From assembly GCF_009914755.1 (NCBI RefSeq), contig NC_060934.1: a stretch of 64,000 nucleotides of DNA. One strand, written 5' to 3'. This document shows positions 21,366 to 39,917 of the stretch, one piece after another. Under the pieces are notes generated by a model. That model was not told the DNA's origin, did no database searches, and saw nothing but the letters and a program-made list of their open reading frames with translations. Within the stretch, counting starts at the first letter, position 1; each line of letters begins with the position of its first letter. The position numbers and the translations under genes are program-made. Source of the DNA: the human T2T-CHM13v2.0 reference genome, Homo sapiens.

Positions 21366-21474
21366 TTTCTATGTCATTAAGTTTTAGAAGCTAATCCAAA
21401 GAGAGGCGACGGAACTCCACCCACTTCAAAATGTCAATACTTTTATAATATTTACACACTAGAATTTAGAACAT
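21366..21474 (-). pseudogene. Fossil exon: MF*ILVCKYYKSIDILKWVEFRRLSLD*LLKLNDIE (CDC25)
   Basis: TTTTGATTTTTCAG acceptor, AAA|GTAAGT donor, 109 nt, phase 0-1. Confidence 0.7.
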
Positions 21475-21613
21475 CTGAAAAATCAAAATGCAATTTGGAA
21501 TAGACTTTTAATCTAAAAGTACCATAATAACATTTATTAGTTACATAGTCAATAATAGTCATTGAATCCTAAAAATAATATTTTTTCTAGTAATTAAAAT
21601 CTGAAAAATATGC

Positions 21614-21686
21614 CTGCTAAATTTCAACTTTTGATGTCTCCTCTAACTTTCAGAAGAAAATAACATTCAGGATTCTGTCTTCTTCA
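21614..21686 (-). pseudogene. Fossil exon: EEDRILNVIFF*KLEETSKVEI*Q (CDC25 start, compare EIAxQ)
   Basis: TTTTTGTCTTCCCTTTCGTCAG acceptor; CAG|GC donor; ends phase 0. Confidence 0.55.
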
Positions 21687-22391
21687 CTGACGAAAGGGAA
21701 GACAAAAACTAATACTCTACATTGAAACTTTGTTATTTATCATGATCCAGTGGTACACTTATTTATAAATATAAATATAAGGGCCAAACATTCAAAGAGA
21801 ATAGGACCCAAACTTTGTCACTTCAAATCACAACGTTTGGACAAAAAAAAAAAAAGCAAACATTCTGCAAACCCTGCTATCAATTTGAGTACTGATATTT
21901 AAAAGTCTTATTTGTTCTTATTCAAAGCACTTTTTTTTTGACATTTGTTTTGCCTGCTGCTCTAAGATCAGACCAGACATTCAGTTAACTCTACCCTCCA
22001 CTGTCCCCGAGTCCTGGTCTAGATTCTCTGTAGTTCCAATTTTTTCAGAGAACAAACCCCTCATCTCGTGGAGTTGGGGAACATTGCTGTCCAGCTGGAG
22101 TGAGGTGAAGACCTGGGAGTTCAGCTGGTCCTTTCACAGACTTTCAGCTGATCATCTGTTTTTAGCACCATGCCTCCCTTCCTCCTTCAACCTCCTGATA
22201 TCACTGTCGTCTCCTCTGCAGGTGCTTTGGTTTTGCCCTTCTGGTACTAAGTTACTGTATCATATGCTTTCTGTTTCAGATTTTATGGTTTAAGGTAACT
22301 GATGAGATCTACCTCCGACAAAAAGAGTTGGAATTTTTGTTTCTATTTCCTTTGTTTTATGCTAAGATTTTAATAGAAGAAAGCAGGTGGT

Positions 22392-24116
<1,725 letters not shown>

Positions 24117-24977
24117 CAAATGGTTCTTTCCTAAAACCAGAAACTGCCATCTGAATGATTTCACATACCATTTTTAATGGTTTGAAGTCAGGACAGTTTT
24201 GGTCTGCTAAGCACACATTCCCATTTTTCTTCTGGTTCCTTTGGAGAAAGCCTCTCCTACTCTGTGAGACCCTCACGGGGCTTGCAGTCACTGGGCTATG
24301 CCCCTCTACTGGAGCACTGGGAAAACATACCAAGGGTGGCCCACCAGTTTACCCCATTCCCAGGCCACAGTGACACATGAGGTCAAAGAGAGTCAATCCA
24401 CATCTTCTCTGAGGCAGGTAGGTAGACATTTGGTGTGACAGGTTCTCTTTCTGTTGAGATTGCTAAATTGGATGGACAACCATCTTGAGCTGCTAGTGGT
24501 CATCTTACTGACCATGCCTGTCTGAAAAATGACAAATAATGAAACCAGCAGAGGAAAAGGAGTCCAAATGAGATCATTTGAGTTTTTGGCTGAAACCATG
24601 CCTGAAGCCAGATGCACCTCTGGAAACCATAGTTACAGAAACAATTAAGTTTCCTTTATTTTCATAAACTGGTTTGAGCTGGCTTTCTTTCATTTGCAAC
24701 TGAAGCAGTCCTGATGAACACATCATTGAATCTAAATGTTCCAATTACTAATACTTGAACAACAGAAATAACACTTTTTTTTGCCCCAAATTAAATACCC
24801 TAACTTCTTTTATTCCAATAAAATCGCAAATCAGAAATAACGTTTGCATGTGTCCCTTTCACCATTTAGGTCAAATCCTTTGACTTTAGTTGAATATTCA
24901 CGTCTTCAAGGTAGCAGTATCTTTGAGAATGAAGTGTATGTATACTCTATAGTACGAAAAACCCAATAGCCACTAAC

Positions 24978-25095
24978 CTACTGAACAGTTTTCTTCCAGG
25001 TACGTCAAACATTCTTGCCAATTCTTTACACCTTCTCTATCAGAGCTCTCAGATTGTTAATAAAGATCAAGTTGTGTAATTATTTTATGTAAAGT
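24978..25095 (-). pseudogene. Fossil exon: TLHKIITQLDLY*QSESSDREGVKNWQECLTYLEENCS (REM C-terminal helices)
   Basis: TTTTTCCACATAG acceptor, phase 0; donors TCA|GTAGGT or TAG|GTTAGT. Confidence 0.7.
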
Positions 25096-25947
25096 CTATG
25101 TGGAAAAATGAAATAATATATCTCAAAATATTTGTTCCCTTGGGAGGAAACGTATAATTTAAATTCAAAGAATTATTCAGTCTCAATCTCTGACCCAGAG
25201 ACTGGGGACCAGGATAATTTTAATCTAAAGATTTATAAGGAGAAGGTAGAGGGTAATAACGTGCTCCCAAGGAGACAAGTAGGAAGACTTAGAAGTCAGT
25301 GTTCCTTGGACACTCTCCCTGGAGTAACTTCCTTCATTATTACCTACAGGCCATTGTGCTCAGCAACCCAACAGGCAATATCTAAGCTTCTGGGTTTGAA
25401 GTTCTTTGGGTCTTCAGTTAGCTTCAAGTGCATATAGGGGCCAGGCAGGTAATCTAAAAGAGTGAGCAGGCTAACATTTTTAAAGTATTACAGTTGTATG
25501 CATTAAAAAAAAACTTATTAAAATTCTAGTCTCTCTCTTTTTATTTTTTCATGCAACAATTCTACCTACTATCCCTGGTTTTTCCATGGTTTCATAATGC
25601 TATCTTAAATAATAGTTTTTGGCACTGGTACTCCTTGTATACATTTAAATTACATATGAATAAGAGCTAATAATAACAATAGTTCAGTTTATTGAGCATA
25701 TAGTATGTGCCAGGCAATGTACTAAGTGCTTTATATATGTTAACTTATTTTGTCCTTACTGCAATCCTATAATAACCTTACAGGATTGTGCCACTATCCC
25801 ATTGCATAGATGAGAGCACTGAGGCAGTGGGTAATCAGCTTACCCAAGATCACATAGCAAATAAGTTGTGAAGTTGAATGCAGCACTCTGCCTCAAGGAA
25901 CCCTGCCCTTAACCATTACTCTGCACTCTACAAAGAAATATGCCATC

Positions 25948-26391
25948 AGTTATGGGTTGAATTATGACCCCAAAATGATATGTTGAAGTCCTAACCCCCA
26001 GTACCTGTGAATATGACCTTATTTGGAAATAGGGTCTCTGCAGATATAATCAGGTTAAAATGAGTTCATACCAGGTTAGGGTGTGCCCTAATCCAATGTA
26101 CTGGTATCCTCACAAGAGGAGGAAAATTTGGATGTAGACAGACACAGAGGGAAGACACTCATAAGATGGAATCAGATTGGCATCATGCTACCACAAGGCA
26201 AGGAATGCCTGGGGCTACCAGAAGCCAGAAGAGGCAAGGCAGAATCCTCCCCATGAGCCTCTGAGGGAACATGGTCCTGCCAGCACCTTGACTTTAGATT
26301 TCTAGCCTTTAGAACTATAAGAGAATAAATTTCTGTTATTTAAAGCCACCCAGTTTGTAGTACTTGCTTATGTAGTCCTAGAAAATTAATA
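25948..26391 (+). mobile_element. MLT1B/C-like LTR
   Basis: Typical MLT1 start and end; TSD CCATC. Confidence 0.8.
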
Positions 26392-26752
26392 CCATCTCTC
26401 ACTTATATTGAAATATGTCATCCAATCAATTTGCTATTTCCAATTTTAACACAGATGGTGGTATAAGTAACATTTAAACCTTCCTCTAAATTCTGTTCAA
26501 AGAAAAACAACAGCCAGGGGTGTTATAGGTTACAACCTATAATGTAAAAGCACAGCCTCCCATCTAATAGAGGCAGCTTCTACTTAGCTCTAGCTGGTTA
26601 CTGCCACATGCAAGAGCAGGACCAAAGTTGCCAGTTTCCAAGAGAATGTGGAAATATGGATTTGTGCATTAAATTATTTAACAACAAATTATATCAGTTA
26701 CTAGTCAAAATAATACTTGTTAACAAGCAATTTATGCTTTAAAAACAAAAGA

Positions 26753-26925
26753 GCCAGGCATCATGACTTGCACCTGTAATTCCAGTAACTCAGGAGGCTG
26801 AGGTGGGAGGGTCGCTTGAGCCTAGCAGTTCAAGGCTACTGTGAGTTATGATAAGGCCACTGTACTTCATCTTGGGTGACAGAGTGAGACCCTGTCTGTA
26901 AAATTAATAATAATTAAAATAAAAA
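26753..26925 (+). mobile_element. Alu monomer (FRAM/FAM-like)
   Basis: Single diverged arm. Confidence 0.8.
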
Positions 26926-27145
26926 ACATTACGCAGGCTATGCAGGCTACAGAAAACACATTTATAAACCAAACTTGTCAAGAGGTCCAGATTTTTGCAA
27001 TCTCTGTTGTATGTTTTCTTTGTTTTCCATGTCTACTGCCCCTTACACTTCACTTGACCTGGCCCCAATTGCAGCTACCCATCTACCAGATATAGAAAGC
27101 AGGCACAGTGGGGGCACTGGGAGCCACACTGAAATCAGCGCTTGA

Positions 27146-27608
<463 letters not shown>

Positions 27609-27832
27609 TTATTTGGTGTCCCATGTAGAAAAGACTTAGAGCTTTAACTGGGTAAAGGTTTTGTGTAAGGCTAGGAAAATGACTTTAACATTTCTCAGGC
27701 TCACTGTCACTTCATTCACAGCACTATCCTTACAATTTATTGAGTTCCCCAAACTTCTTACCTCTTGTATACATATATTTGAAGCATTTGTAAGTTGATA
27801 TTAATAGCTCATAACTGTCTTGCAGTACTCAC

Positions 27833-27934
27833 CATATTGTAACCTATAAAACTTGTTCAGAAACTTGTAAACATTTTTGAAAAGCAGTTTTGTAAAAACA
27901 GTTTCACGAAATGTCTTTATTCCTCAGGTGTGTT
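27833..27934 (-). pseudogene. Fossil exon: NTPEE*RHFVKLFLQNCFSKMFTSF*TSFIGYNM (REM)
   Basis: GTTTTAG acceptor, ATG|GTGAGT donor, 102 nt, phase 0-0. Confidence 0.7.
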
Positions 27935-28207
27935 CTAAAACTTCAAAAATGTAAGAAAAATTGTTCTGAGAATGTTAATATCAACTCTAATCCAATAAGC
28001 CATATCTCTAGTTAGTAGTCTCATTGGCTACAAACATTTCTTCAGTATCTATCAGAGTTCAGACCTATTTGCTATGGTATAGAAACTAATGATTGCTTCT
28101 GGCAAGTGAAAACAGGTACTTGATATGTTGCCAGGACATTATCTACTACACTGAGGTATTAAATGCACAGTGAGACAGCTTGGAATACCACAGTGTTTGG
28201 AACTTAC

Positions 28208-28249
28208 AAATCTGACCAACATTACTTTTAGTAAGTTTGTAGAGCAATG
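28208..28249 (-). pseudogene. Fossil exon: HCSTNLLKVMLVRF (compare SOS1 PQELLSLIIERF)
   Basis: TTTTACTTCCTAG acceptor, TTT|GTAAGT donor, 42 nt, phase 0-0. Confidence 0.65.
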
Positions 28250-28513
28250 CTAGGAAGTAAAATACCATAAAATATGTCCAAATCATCTCATTTAATCTTT
28301 ATTGTTGTTATTGTTGTATTTTGCTTGAATTAAACATCTCTGAAAGTTCTATTGGTTTTCATACCTATGAAATCATTTGGAAACTCCCTAGCTTATTATT
28401 CTCACCACAACACCAAATGGTTGGTAAAGCAGGTTTTATCTCCATATTACAGATGAGGAAACTCAAGCTCAGTGGTGTTAAATAACTTGTTCAAGGTTGT
28501 TAGTGACAGAGGT

Positions 28514-29289
28514 TGTCTCAGTCCATTTAGTGTTGCTATAAATATGTCAGGCTGGGTGATTTATAAAGAAAAACAGCCTTCTTTGGCTCATGGTTCTGCA
28601 GGCTGTACAGAAGGCATATAGTTCCAGCATCTGTTTGGCTTCTGGTGAGGGCCTCAGGCTGTTTCCACTAATGGCTGGAGGCAAAAGGGAGAGCTGCATG
28701 TGCAGAGATCACATAGCAAGAGAGGAAGCAAGAGGGGAGGAGGTGCCACGCTCTTTTTAACAGCTCTTGGTGGAAACGAACAGAGCAAGGAGGGTGCCAA
28801 GACATTCATGAGGGATCTGCGCCCATGACTCAAACACCTCCCATTAGGTCTCACCTCAAACATGGGGATCAAATTTTAACATGAGATTTGGAGAGTGTAT
28901 TAGTCTGTTCTCACATTGCTATAAAGAAATACCAGAGACTGGTTAATTTATAAAGAAAAAAGGTTGAATTGATTCACAGTTCCATGTAGCTGGAGAGGCC
29001 TCAGGAAACTTACAATCATGGCAAAAGGAAGCAGGCACGTCTTACATGGTGGCAGGCAAGAGAAAGCATGAGGAGTGAGGAGGGGAGAGCCCCTTATAAA
29101 ACCATCAGATCTTGTGAGAACTCACTCACTATCATGAGAACAGCATGGGGGAACTGCCCCATGATCCAATCACCTCCCACCAGGTCTCTCCTTAGACATG
29201 TGGAAATTACGAGTATTACAATTCAAGATGAGATTTGGGTGGGGACACAGCCAAACCATATCAGAGGGGACAAACATCCAAACTATAGA
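28514..29289 (-). mobile_element. MSTB-like LTR with nested MSTA-like LTR (28896-29263), inside a MIR
   Basis: MST termini; TSD GAGAG/GAGGG. Confidence 0.85.
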
Positions 29290-29638
29290 AGAGGTGAAGC
29301 CGGTACTCAAACCTCCTAATTCTGAGTTCACTGATCTTACCTCACAAATAAAAGCCATGAAGATTTCTAAGACCAGGATGATGAGACAGTCAGACAGCCA
29401 GACCTGTAATCAAATCCAGTTTCTATTGCCAACTCGACTTATGACTTCGGTTTTTTTAAACCTCTAAAGCCCGATTTGCTCATTTGCAAAATGGAGTTAA
29501 AGTGGAAAAATACATGTAAAGAACATGGCACAAAGTGGGCACTTGATAAATGTTACCCCCTTTCTCTTCCCTCTCTACTACAGAATCCCTCAAATCTAAA
29601 CAAACCATCCACTTTCTGGTTAAGCATTTGGGTGATTA

Positions 29639-29968
<330 letters not shown>

Positions 29969-30245
29969 TCATAGGATGTGGAGATATTAATAAAACAACA
30001 ATAAACGTATTGTCATGGACGAAGACCATGGTAGAAACTGTTGTCACATGTGTACTATTAAAGAATTGCCAAAAAAGTCACTGTTTTTAAATATTTTATG
30101 ATGTTGAGCTTTTTTTTAAAAGGAGGCAGGTCACGTCAAACCTTTATGCTTTGAACTTATTCTCTGCTCTCTAATTAATGTGGTTCATTGCCTCCAAACA
30201 TAAAAAAATTTTAAACACATCAAAGAGATATGAAATGTTTCTCAC

Positions 30246-30414
30246 CTGTGGTGAGACTTGGGACTCCTCAGTGTGTGTACCTTAGCAGCTATCGTGTTCC
30301 TCTTGGACCAGAAGCAAAAGAACCACCAAGATCCTTTGTGTGTCTGTGCCACAAAAGAAATTCTGACTCCTTTACAACTCCTCTCTGCTGGCCCAGTTAT
30401 CCCTTTGGATGAGC
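30246..30414 (-). pseudogene. Fossil exon (REM region; frame ambiguous)
   Basis: CCCTGCCCTAG acceptor, CAG|GTGAGA donor, 169 nt. Confidence 0.55.
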
Positions 30415-31562
30415 CTAGGGCAGGGGTGCTAATGGATTGACACCAGCAGGGGATGGGCCCAAATGGAGGGTGAGGGGCTGCATTCCTTGCCAAAGAGAAG
30501 CATAAATTCAGAGTAAGAACAGGTGCTGTAGTCAGGAGGCATGCTTGGGTCTAACATCAGAAAATTATGTAATTATCAAATTTAATGCTAAAAATATTAA
30601 AATGCATAACATGATTTAGAACATTTCTTCAAATTTCAACTTAATGCTAGGGAACTGTGTGCTAATAACTACTTTATACATGTGATTCTGGCTCTTGGCA
30701 CAATCATACAGGACTGGGGTTGTGTTATTGCATATGTGGGAGGTTATTAAATGCTTTATAATGATTATGTTAAAGGTCATATTCCTCATACACATAACTT
30801 CACTTACTATTATGAGTTAGACGGGTACATGAGTAGACAATGGTCTCCTTCCATTAAATGCAAACTGGCTGAAATTACTATTTAAGTTGCCAGGCTGAAT
30901 GAGTAAAGAGATCAAATTAATGAGGGTGAAACTGTATAATCAGTTTATAAAACAGATCATGCTGAGGTCAAGGCTGACATCACCAGCTCCCACACATCTA
31001 ACTACACTTAAAAAGGTGGCTCTTCTCTTTATTACCACGACCACTGCTCTAATTCAAGCTGTTTCTTATTTCTCTTCCATTCACATGTAGCTGACAAATC
31101 ATTTATCTTGGCAAACACCAATTTGATCATGTCACCTGTCTCAGAAACCTCTATAGTCTTCCCAGTGCTTGAGGGACAGAGGCTCAACTCCTCAGGAGGG
31201 CATTCATGGTTCTCCTAAATTTGGCCCATTCTTCTAATTCAAGGATTTTCAACCCTGGATGATATCAGAACCACGAGGGGAGCTTTAAAAAACAAACAGG
31301 TTTATGTTCCATGCCCCTGAAACTCTATTTACTAGTTCTGGGCTAAGATCTAGGGACTTAATATCTTTAAAAATATCTATGGATGACTCTTATCTACTGC
31401 CAGGGTTGAACCAGCGGTCTAATTCCCTGCCCCGCACCCCCATTGTTTCAGCCAACATGAATTAACCACTCTGCTCCGCTCAGTAATGCTTTGTTTGCTT
31501 GTGTTGCCAGTTCTCTATTCATGCGGTTAATCCAACCTGGAATATCATTTCCTCTATAGCTC

Positions 31563-31935
<373 letters not shown>

Positions 31936-31968
31936 TGATAATCCAAAAGGCATTTTTTATGTTTATGA

Positions 31969-32374
<406 letters not shown>

Positions 32375-32836
32375 TGAAGGCAAACTATAACATCTTTTGT
32401 TCCCACTTCCTAGCCCTTAGCATTGACCACAGTATTAAGCATAAAGTAGACACTCATGTGCTCAATACTTATGACTGAATAAATTAAATTCTCTGAAATT
32501 TATGAAGTGTTTTTTCTTACAGCATGACAACCTCAATCGTCAACCTTGAGGGTTGTTTATGTGCATACTGACGTGTTTCTCACTAGAAGCATCATTATGC
32601 CTATGTAAATGATAATCCCTTGTCCACAAAAACTGATGTGATGTCAAATACAGGGGTGATACCTGTAAATGTGTTTTTCTCCCTATAGATAGAAGTATTT
32701 TCCATGTTTATATATTCAATTCCCATAAGTTTGTATAGCATCCAAAAGGAGGAATTAGTGAAACAGTCCCTGATCTTTCAATACCTGACTTAAAAACAAC
32801 CCACCCATGTGAAAGGATAGAGAAAACCCCATTTAC

Positions 32837-33332
32837 CATCCTAATCAACTGTGGGAAAGATCAGAAGAGCAAGTGTCCCTTTGCCCTCAATTTAGGTGAC
32901 ATGAGAGTATCAGCAACCTACAGGTAAAAGTCTCTCCTGTAACTACTGAAAACCAAGAAGCTTCTGATGGGAGAGTATCCAATGCTGTCAGAGGTCCAGC
33001 TCAGACTCTCCTACTGTTCAACCTGCCCAGAAACTTTCTGTCCTATTTCTAGAGCATGGGAGATATATCTCCATATCCAGAGCTACAATCTCTCCACAAA
33101 ACAGCATTGTACACCATGGCTGCCCATAGTGAAAGTGGTGCTGGTACCAGTGAGTTAAATAGTCTTGGGAGGGCTGGCTGAGAACCTAACCACTATTTAT
33201 AACATTGTTTTTGTGGAAAAATATATTCTGCATTCCAAACAACAGAACTAGACATGAACTTTTGGAATACAGTGCATTTCTTGGGTCAGGAACTGACTGT
33301 ATCTTGTTAACTGCACTAAGGTCAGTATTTTC
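32837..33332 (-). pseudogene. Fossil linker exon ENTDLSAVNKIQSVPDPRN...; ends at 33191 or at 32837 (...IEGKGTLALLI, like a REM start)
   Basis: CTTCTCCTAG acceptor in phase 0; both candidate donors are phase 1. Confidence 0.5.
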
Positions 33333-34342
33333 CTAGGAGAAGATGGCAACCAGGAGTGCAGAACAAAAATGGTTGCCAAGAATATGGAACATATGCATTT
33401 ATAAGGATGAAAGACAAAGGAAATGATGAGAGAAAAAGCCAGCACACTCTTAATTTATTACATAAATATTTACTAAGCACTATTAAAGGCTATGGTGAAA
33501 GCTGTAGGAAACAAAAATCAGACAAGATCTTGGATTTTATAGTCCTTACAATCTAGGGTGGGAGATAAGACAAACATAAACACAAACAATAAAGCTACAC
33601 GGTAAAATATGCCACAACGGTGATACAAACAAAACATTAGATGACACTGGCAGAGAGAGAAAGAGCTAGTGCTTCTAGCTGGAGTAATCAGAGAACGTGT
33701 CATAGAGAGGCTTGCACAGGGTTTCAACGTGCAGAGGAAATAGTGTCAGGGCAGCAGGGGACATCACAGGCAGGAAAACCAGTACAAGTTAAGACAGATG
33801 CATGAAGAACAATGAGAGTTCAGAGAATAGGAAAAGCCCAGTTGGCTCAAGTGGGGTACATTTTCAGGATCTTCGTGGGAGGCTTTGAATGCTAGGCAAA
33901 CGAACATGGATTCCATCCAAGAGGGAGTTGGAAGCCATTAAAGCGTTTTAAAATTACTAAAAGTGGTTCTATATGCAGGTTTATCTAACAATGAACACAG
34001 GACAGGGGAAGAGAGAATGAATACAGAAAGATTATTAGGAGATCACTATAAGAGTTGAGGGTGATTAAGATGACCTTTCAAAGATTTTTTACACAAACAG
34101 TTAATAAACATTTAAGGTTCAAGTGCTAGTTAATTAACAAAATATTTCTTTAAATAAGAACATATAAATAACTTAGAAAAGTTGTATAAAGCCTTAAAAA
34201 ACTATATATATATATTAGCTACAACGCAAAAGCATTGTTTGGCACTTAGGACTTAACGACTAGACTTGATACAAATACAAGGATGATTTTAAGGTGTTAG
34301 TCTCACTTAGACAAATAACACCAAGAGTTTAAAACTGAACAT

Positions 34343-34652
<310 letters not shown>

Positions 34653-34855
34653 AGAACATTTTATTTTTATAAGCATGTGAAATTTAATAAGAAATCATCT
34701 TTCCACTATTTCCCAAGACCAGTGATTCAATATACAAGGTGACTAGAAGATATGCTGAGAAATTTGAGAGTTGAGATGTCCAAGTTAGTAAACTTAATTC
34801 TTTGCATTTTAAATAAATCTTAAGCTGGTACCAAGCTAGATGTGAGCAGACTTAC

Positions 34856-34932
34856 CTGAAGTGATTTGACTTAGCAAATGTCTTCTAACTTTAACACTTC
34901 AGTACTGGATGGGAAATGGCATTCATTTTTAT
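34856..34932 (-). pseudogene. Fossil exon: KNECHFPSSTEVLKLEDIC*VKSLQ (compare RPSFxEILxxLE, end of kinase domain)
   Basis: TTTGTTTTCAG acceptor, CAG|GTAAGT donor, 77 nt. Confidence 0.7.
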
Positions 34933-37139
34933 CTGAAAACAAATGTAGTGGAAATAACAAAATTATAAAGAATTTCTAGGTACCTTATAGGAGCCAATTA
35001 GATGACTGCACCTGAAAGACCATAAAAGAGTTCTACGAAGTTCTGTAAAATTTACAGTTCTTATACCACGTATAATTTAAGAACCTAAAATAAAAATCTC
35101 AAGCTGTGCTCAAAGACTTCTAAAATAGGAGATATATTGTCTTCACATATTTTTATGTCAACCTGCTAAAAATTCTAGAAAATATATTATTAGATATTTA
35201 AGCCTGATTTAAACTGAATTATTTAAAATTTAGCTGGCATTTGTGCCCTACTCAGTATCATGGGGAACAGGGAGCTATGAAATTGAATAAGAGACAGTTT
35301 TTGTTCTTAAGAAATACAAACCACAATAACAGGCAAACATGAAAAACTCTGTATCGAGGCGATGTAGTAAGTGCTACAAGTGACACAAGGCGCTACGGGA
35401 TTTTGGAGCACGATAATTACTACAGGGAAAATGTGGGAAGGCTCTGCCTTATGGACTGAATACAAAGAGAAAGAGAGAAATGGGGAGGGAGATCGATAAG
35501 GACTAGGATTTGGGGCTGAGATTATACTGTAAGAGGTTGAATGCTAGATTCAGTACATGGGGCTTTATTTTATACATAAAGAGGCACCAAGGGTGTTTGG
35601 CAGAAAACACATTCAAATTTGTATTTTAAAAGATGGCTCTGGTTTTCAAGTGTAAGTTACCATGAGAAAATTCAAAAAGCAGTGAGATCTATTTTGTTAC
35701 TACGGTAGTCAAGATGAGAAGAAATCAGAGTAACTGCAATAAAAGTAAAAAGTTTAAAATTCTCTGAAATATACTTGAAAGTGAGAAGCAGAATAACAGC
35801 CTAAACAATTATGCAAGACTGAGACGTGAAACCATCACCAACATTCAGTGATATGGTTACAAACATAGGATTCTTAGACCACAATAGACCTTTCTTTCCA
35901 ATCAGAATCATGCATTGTTTACATGAACCATGAACTTAAGAAATCAATCAATCCGATGACTTGCGTCATTTCTGATATCCTGTCCTAGAATTTCGTATCT
36001 CCAACCTATAATAAAAATCTTATACAAATTTTCTCTAAGGAGGCATCATTTCAGAATCATCTGTGTAGTCTTGTTTGCTGCACTAAGTCAATAGAACAGT
36101 TTGCACATCTCCTAAAAGGTTTATTTTAGAAGAGGCCTTCCACAAAATACTGAAGTCACGAAAGAAGAGCAAAAGAAGAGAGCGCCCTGTCCTGCCTTTT
36201 CAAGGCAGAAGAACTGAGAACTTACCAATCACTAGTGACCTTTGGAATACGTTTCAGAAAGGCAATAAAAGTAAACAAAGACTTCCAATTTAAGGAGAAA
36301 AAGTGGAATTAACCAATAAATTTTAGTCTTCTAAGAAGTCTGGTATACTTTGAAAGTGAAGCTGAATCTTTAACAAGGTTTTTGTCATTGGTGCTGTTTT
36401 TTTTTCATTTTTAATGCTAGTAACAGGAAGAAATACAAGGGAGAGTGCTAAATAATGGAACAAATTCAAGAGAAGATGGGAACAAGAACTTTAGTGCAGT
36501 TAGTCATGTTAAAGAGAAGAAACAGTTGTTTCTCTATGGTTAGAAATAGAGGAAAGGATGGGTGATGAATACAAACATTTGTGTGTAAGGGAGTAAAGTT
36601 GAGGGAATTCAGACCCAATGGCAAGACCATCTATTGAGACAGAGGGAAAGGGAGGAGGAGAGAAGAAGGGAGAAAAAGAGATGAAGAGAAAGCATATGAA
36701 TGGAAAAAATACTTGAATTTAAGAGTTTTAAGAGAAAAAAATTGCCAGAGAAGAAGAAAACAGAAAAGAGGGGCTTTTAGTATTTAAGATATTGGAACAA
36801 TTCTGGTTGGCATAACTGAGACAGTTAAAACACTATGAGTTCTGAGTATCAGAAACTCAAAATATGAATTTGGAGAAACAGATTATAGTCACATAGTGTG
36901 GGTTGACATTACTTTCAAGCCTGGTGGTGACATCATTGAAGAATTTGGAGCAGTGTCCTGGAAGTCAACCAGTAACAGGAATTAGAAAAGGGAGATGGTA
37001 GTGAAAGAGTTATAAGAAAAGGAACTAAGGAACAAAGGTGGCATGCTGAGCCTTGAATTGATACTGGTGAGCAAAGGTACACATCAAGCCTCCTTTAAAA
37101 CCTAGATTTTTTAAATGCCATGCTTTTTCTTGAGATGGT

Positions 37140-37175
37140 AAAACAAACAAACAAACAAACAAACAAACAAACAAA
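37140..37175. repeat. (AAAC)n microsatellite
   Basis: Direct reading. Confidence 0.97.
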
Positions 37176-37987
37176 TTGCGGCCTTTGAATGCCAGGTTTA
37201 AATTTCTAGGGAAGTGAAGGGAAAAGAGTTATGAGAGAAGATCAAAGTTCTAATAACTTGTTCACAATAGAGCATAAGGTCCAAATGACATAAGGAACTG
37301 AAAGTAAGTCAGCAGTGGACTAATTGTGGGTTCCATCTGAACTGGGAGCACGACTGCTTGGAAAAAGAGAGCATAAGAGTAGGGCGTCACCTAAGTTGTA
37401 GGTGACAAAACACCAATCTCTCTCCCTCTTTCTGACACATCTGTTTCGGCAAAAGACTGGCCACATGTGTCAACAGTCTCTGACTCTCAGAACTTGCTTG
37501 TCCAAATGCAAATTCATTGTCCAGTCATCTACATAGTAAACACTACAGGGCAAGTTAAGTCAATCCAATTTGAAGGGGTAGGAAGACTAGATGCAAAGCT
37601 AGGTGTACTCTTTTACCTAGTTTCTCTATAAACAAAACTGACATTTTCGTTCTTATCTTAAGTCTACTTCTTAAAGAGTTCAGAGGTAAGAATAAAAAAG
37701 TGATATAATTAATTGGTCCCTTCAAACTCCACCAACAGGGATGTAAAGTAAATAAATAGAAAGTAGTATGAAGAAAACTATATGGGGGTTGGGTTGAGGG
37801 GAGAACTCGCCAGCTACAGTGGTTTTGAATTTCTAGACACATTCAAGGACTTAATAATGAGACCCAGTTCAGTTGACGAATGCCACTAGAGGTGGGGAGA
37901 TTTCTAATTAAGGAGTTGATACCTCTAACAGATATAGCAGCATTCAGATTTTTTACTTCTTTTGAGTCATTTTTATGCTGTATTTTT

Positions 37988-38083
37988 CAAGGGAGAGTAC
38001 TAAATAATGGAACAAATTCAAGAGAAGATGGAACAAGAACGTTAGTGCAGTTAGTCATGTCAAAGAGGAGAAACGGTTGTTTC
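37988..38083 (+). repeat. Templated insertion copied from 36436-36532
   Basis: About 96-bp direct copy with 6 differences; TTTCAAGG duplicated at the junctions. Confidence 0.9.
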
Positions 38084-38669
38084 AAGGAATCTGTTTATTT
38101 CATTAAACTGTCGAATGTATTGACACAAAATTGTTCATCATATTTTCTTATCCCTTATATATTTCCTGGATCTCTATTAATGTTTCCTGTTTATTCTTAT
38201 ATTGTTAATTTGAACTTTCTTTTTTTTTCTTAGTAGGGGTTTATCAGTTTTGTTATTCTTTTCAAAGAAACAACTTTTGGTTTTGTGGTTTTGTTGATTT
38301 TTTTCTACTTTACAGTACTCTTCCAGATTTTTTTTTTTTTTACTGATATTCTGCCTACTTGTTCTAGCAACTGAAAGAAAAGTGAGAAAGAGAAGTGTTG
38401 AGAAAACTAACTGTAATAGCTTTATCTATTTCTCTTTTCTGTTCTGTCCATTATTGCTTCAAGTATTTTAAGGCTCTGTTAGTATCAGGCTTACAGACAT
38501 TTAAAATTATGTCTCTTTAATTAATTGATTCTTACATCATTATGAAATATTTCTCAATACTGCTAGTATTATCTCATGTTTTGAAGTTTATTTTATTGGC
38601 TAGTAATATAGCTCCCTCCAGTTTTCTTAATGATTAGTATCTGCATGGTATCTCTTTGGATTCTTTTAC

Positions 38670-39917
<1,248 letters not shown>

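Noticed and set aside
21366-21474. BACK/Kelch-like resemblance (EFRRLSLD*LLKL)
   Set aside because: Flanking exons fit REM-CDC25 in order; no BTB or Kelch repeats seen
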